From assembly GCA_964357395.1 (NCBI GenBank), contig CAYHLC010000001.1, positions 119,599 to 183,598 of the forward strand: a DNA stretch of 64,000 bases, read 5' to 3'. The position numbers were made by a program, and so were the translations under genes. The notes beneath the pieces are model-generated. The model searched no databases and was not told where the DNA came from. It saw only the letters and a list, made by a program, of their open reading frames with translations. Within the stretch, counting starts at the first letter, position 1; the number at the start of each line of letters is the position of its first letter. Of the stretch, positions 63,944-64,000 are shown piece by piece. This DNA is from an uncultured Candidatus Saccharibacteria bacterium. GTDB lineage: Bacteria > Patescibacteriota > Minisyncoccia > Phycocordibacterales > Phycocordibacteraceae.

Positions 63944-64000
63944 ATGCCTATACGTCGGACCTACCTCGACTACGCCTCTGCGGCGCCCCTCGTGCCGAAA
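63944..64000 (+). CDS. cysteine desulfurase (NifS/IscS-like), N-terminal 19 codons only
   Basis: MPIRRTYLDYASAAPLVPK..., the typical desulfurase N-terminus; ATG 6 nt after TAGTAT; runs off window end. Confidence 0.45.
   Translation, partial: MPIRRTYLDYASAAPLVPK

Noticed and set aside
1-64000. Searched for CRISPR arrays, IS elements, integrases and phage structural genes
   Set aside because: No regularly spaced direct repeats, no transposase/integrase-like ORFs and no terminal inverted repeats were seen. The compositional islands lack recognisable mobility genes.

Overview
The window is a high-GC (about 55-60%) bacterial chromosomal segment with dense housekeeping content. Identified genes: secG, groES-groEL, lemA, htpX, a NUDIX hydrolase, murJ, lepA, valS, tsaD, orn, tsaC, an MsbA-like ABC exporter, alkA, trxB, ftsA/ftsZ, rpsU-ybeY, a hisS-like gene, lepB, pth, rpsA, gyrA, def, ybaK, rbfA-infB and the start of a cysteine desulfurase. 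There are ten tRNA genes (Ser-GGA, Gly-CCC, Arg-CCT, Phe-GAA, Val-GAC, Ser-CGA, Glu-TTC, Leu-TAG, Lys-CTT, Leu-TAA), a minimal RNase P RNA and several clean rho-independent terminators. Several core proteins are shortened or odd, which suggests a reduced genome, possibly CPR-like; this is inference only. IF2 is 501 aa, ValS is 704 aa, and GroES carries a lysine-rich N-terminal extension. Most start codons sit 6-8 nt after a TAnnnT -10 hexamer with no Shine-Dalgarno sequence, which points to a largely leaderless gene architecture. The strongest accessory candidates are: (1) a tandem array of four VirB2/TrbC-like pilin-type small proteins (55.0-56.6 kb) with further tiny hydrophobic ORFs and a pseudo-tRNA fragment between tRNA-Leu and tRNA-Lys, and no secretion machinery in view; (2) an AT-rich single-gene island (27.1-29.7 kb) beside tRNA-Ser/tRNA-Glu that encodes an 801-aa HEAT-repeat protein with its own canonical promoter; (3) an AT-rich NYN-domain gene placed divergently to a TraB/GumN-like gene; (4) a ~33-nt motif containing the perfect palindrome TTCGCGCGAA, repeated upstream of two genes; (5) mutually exclusive hairpins between def and ybaK; (6) a small promoter-leader-sORF-terminator unit upstream of tsaC; and (7) a duplicated gyrA 3' junction that created a paralogous pair of small membrane proteins. 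No CRISPR array, transposase, integrase or phage structural gene was recognised.
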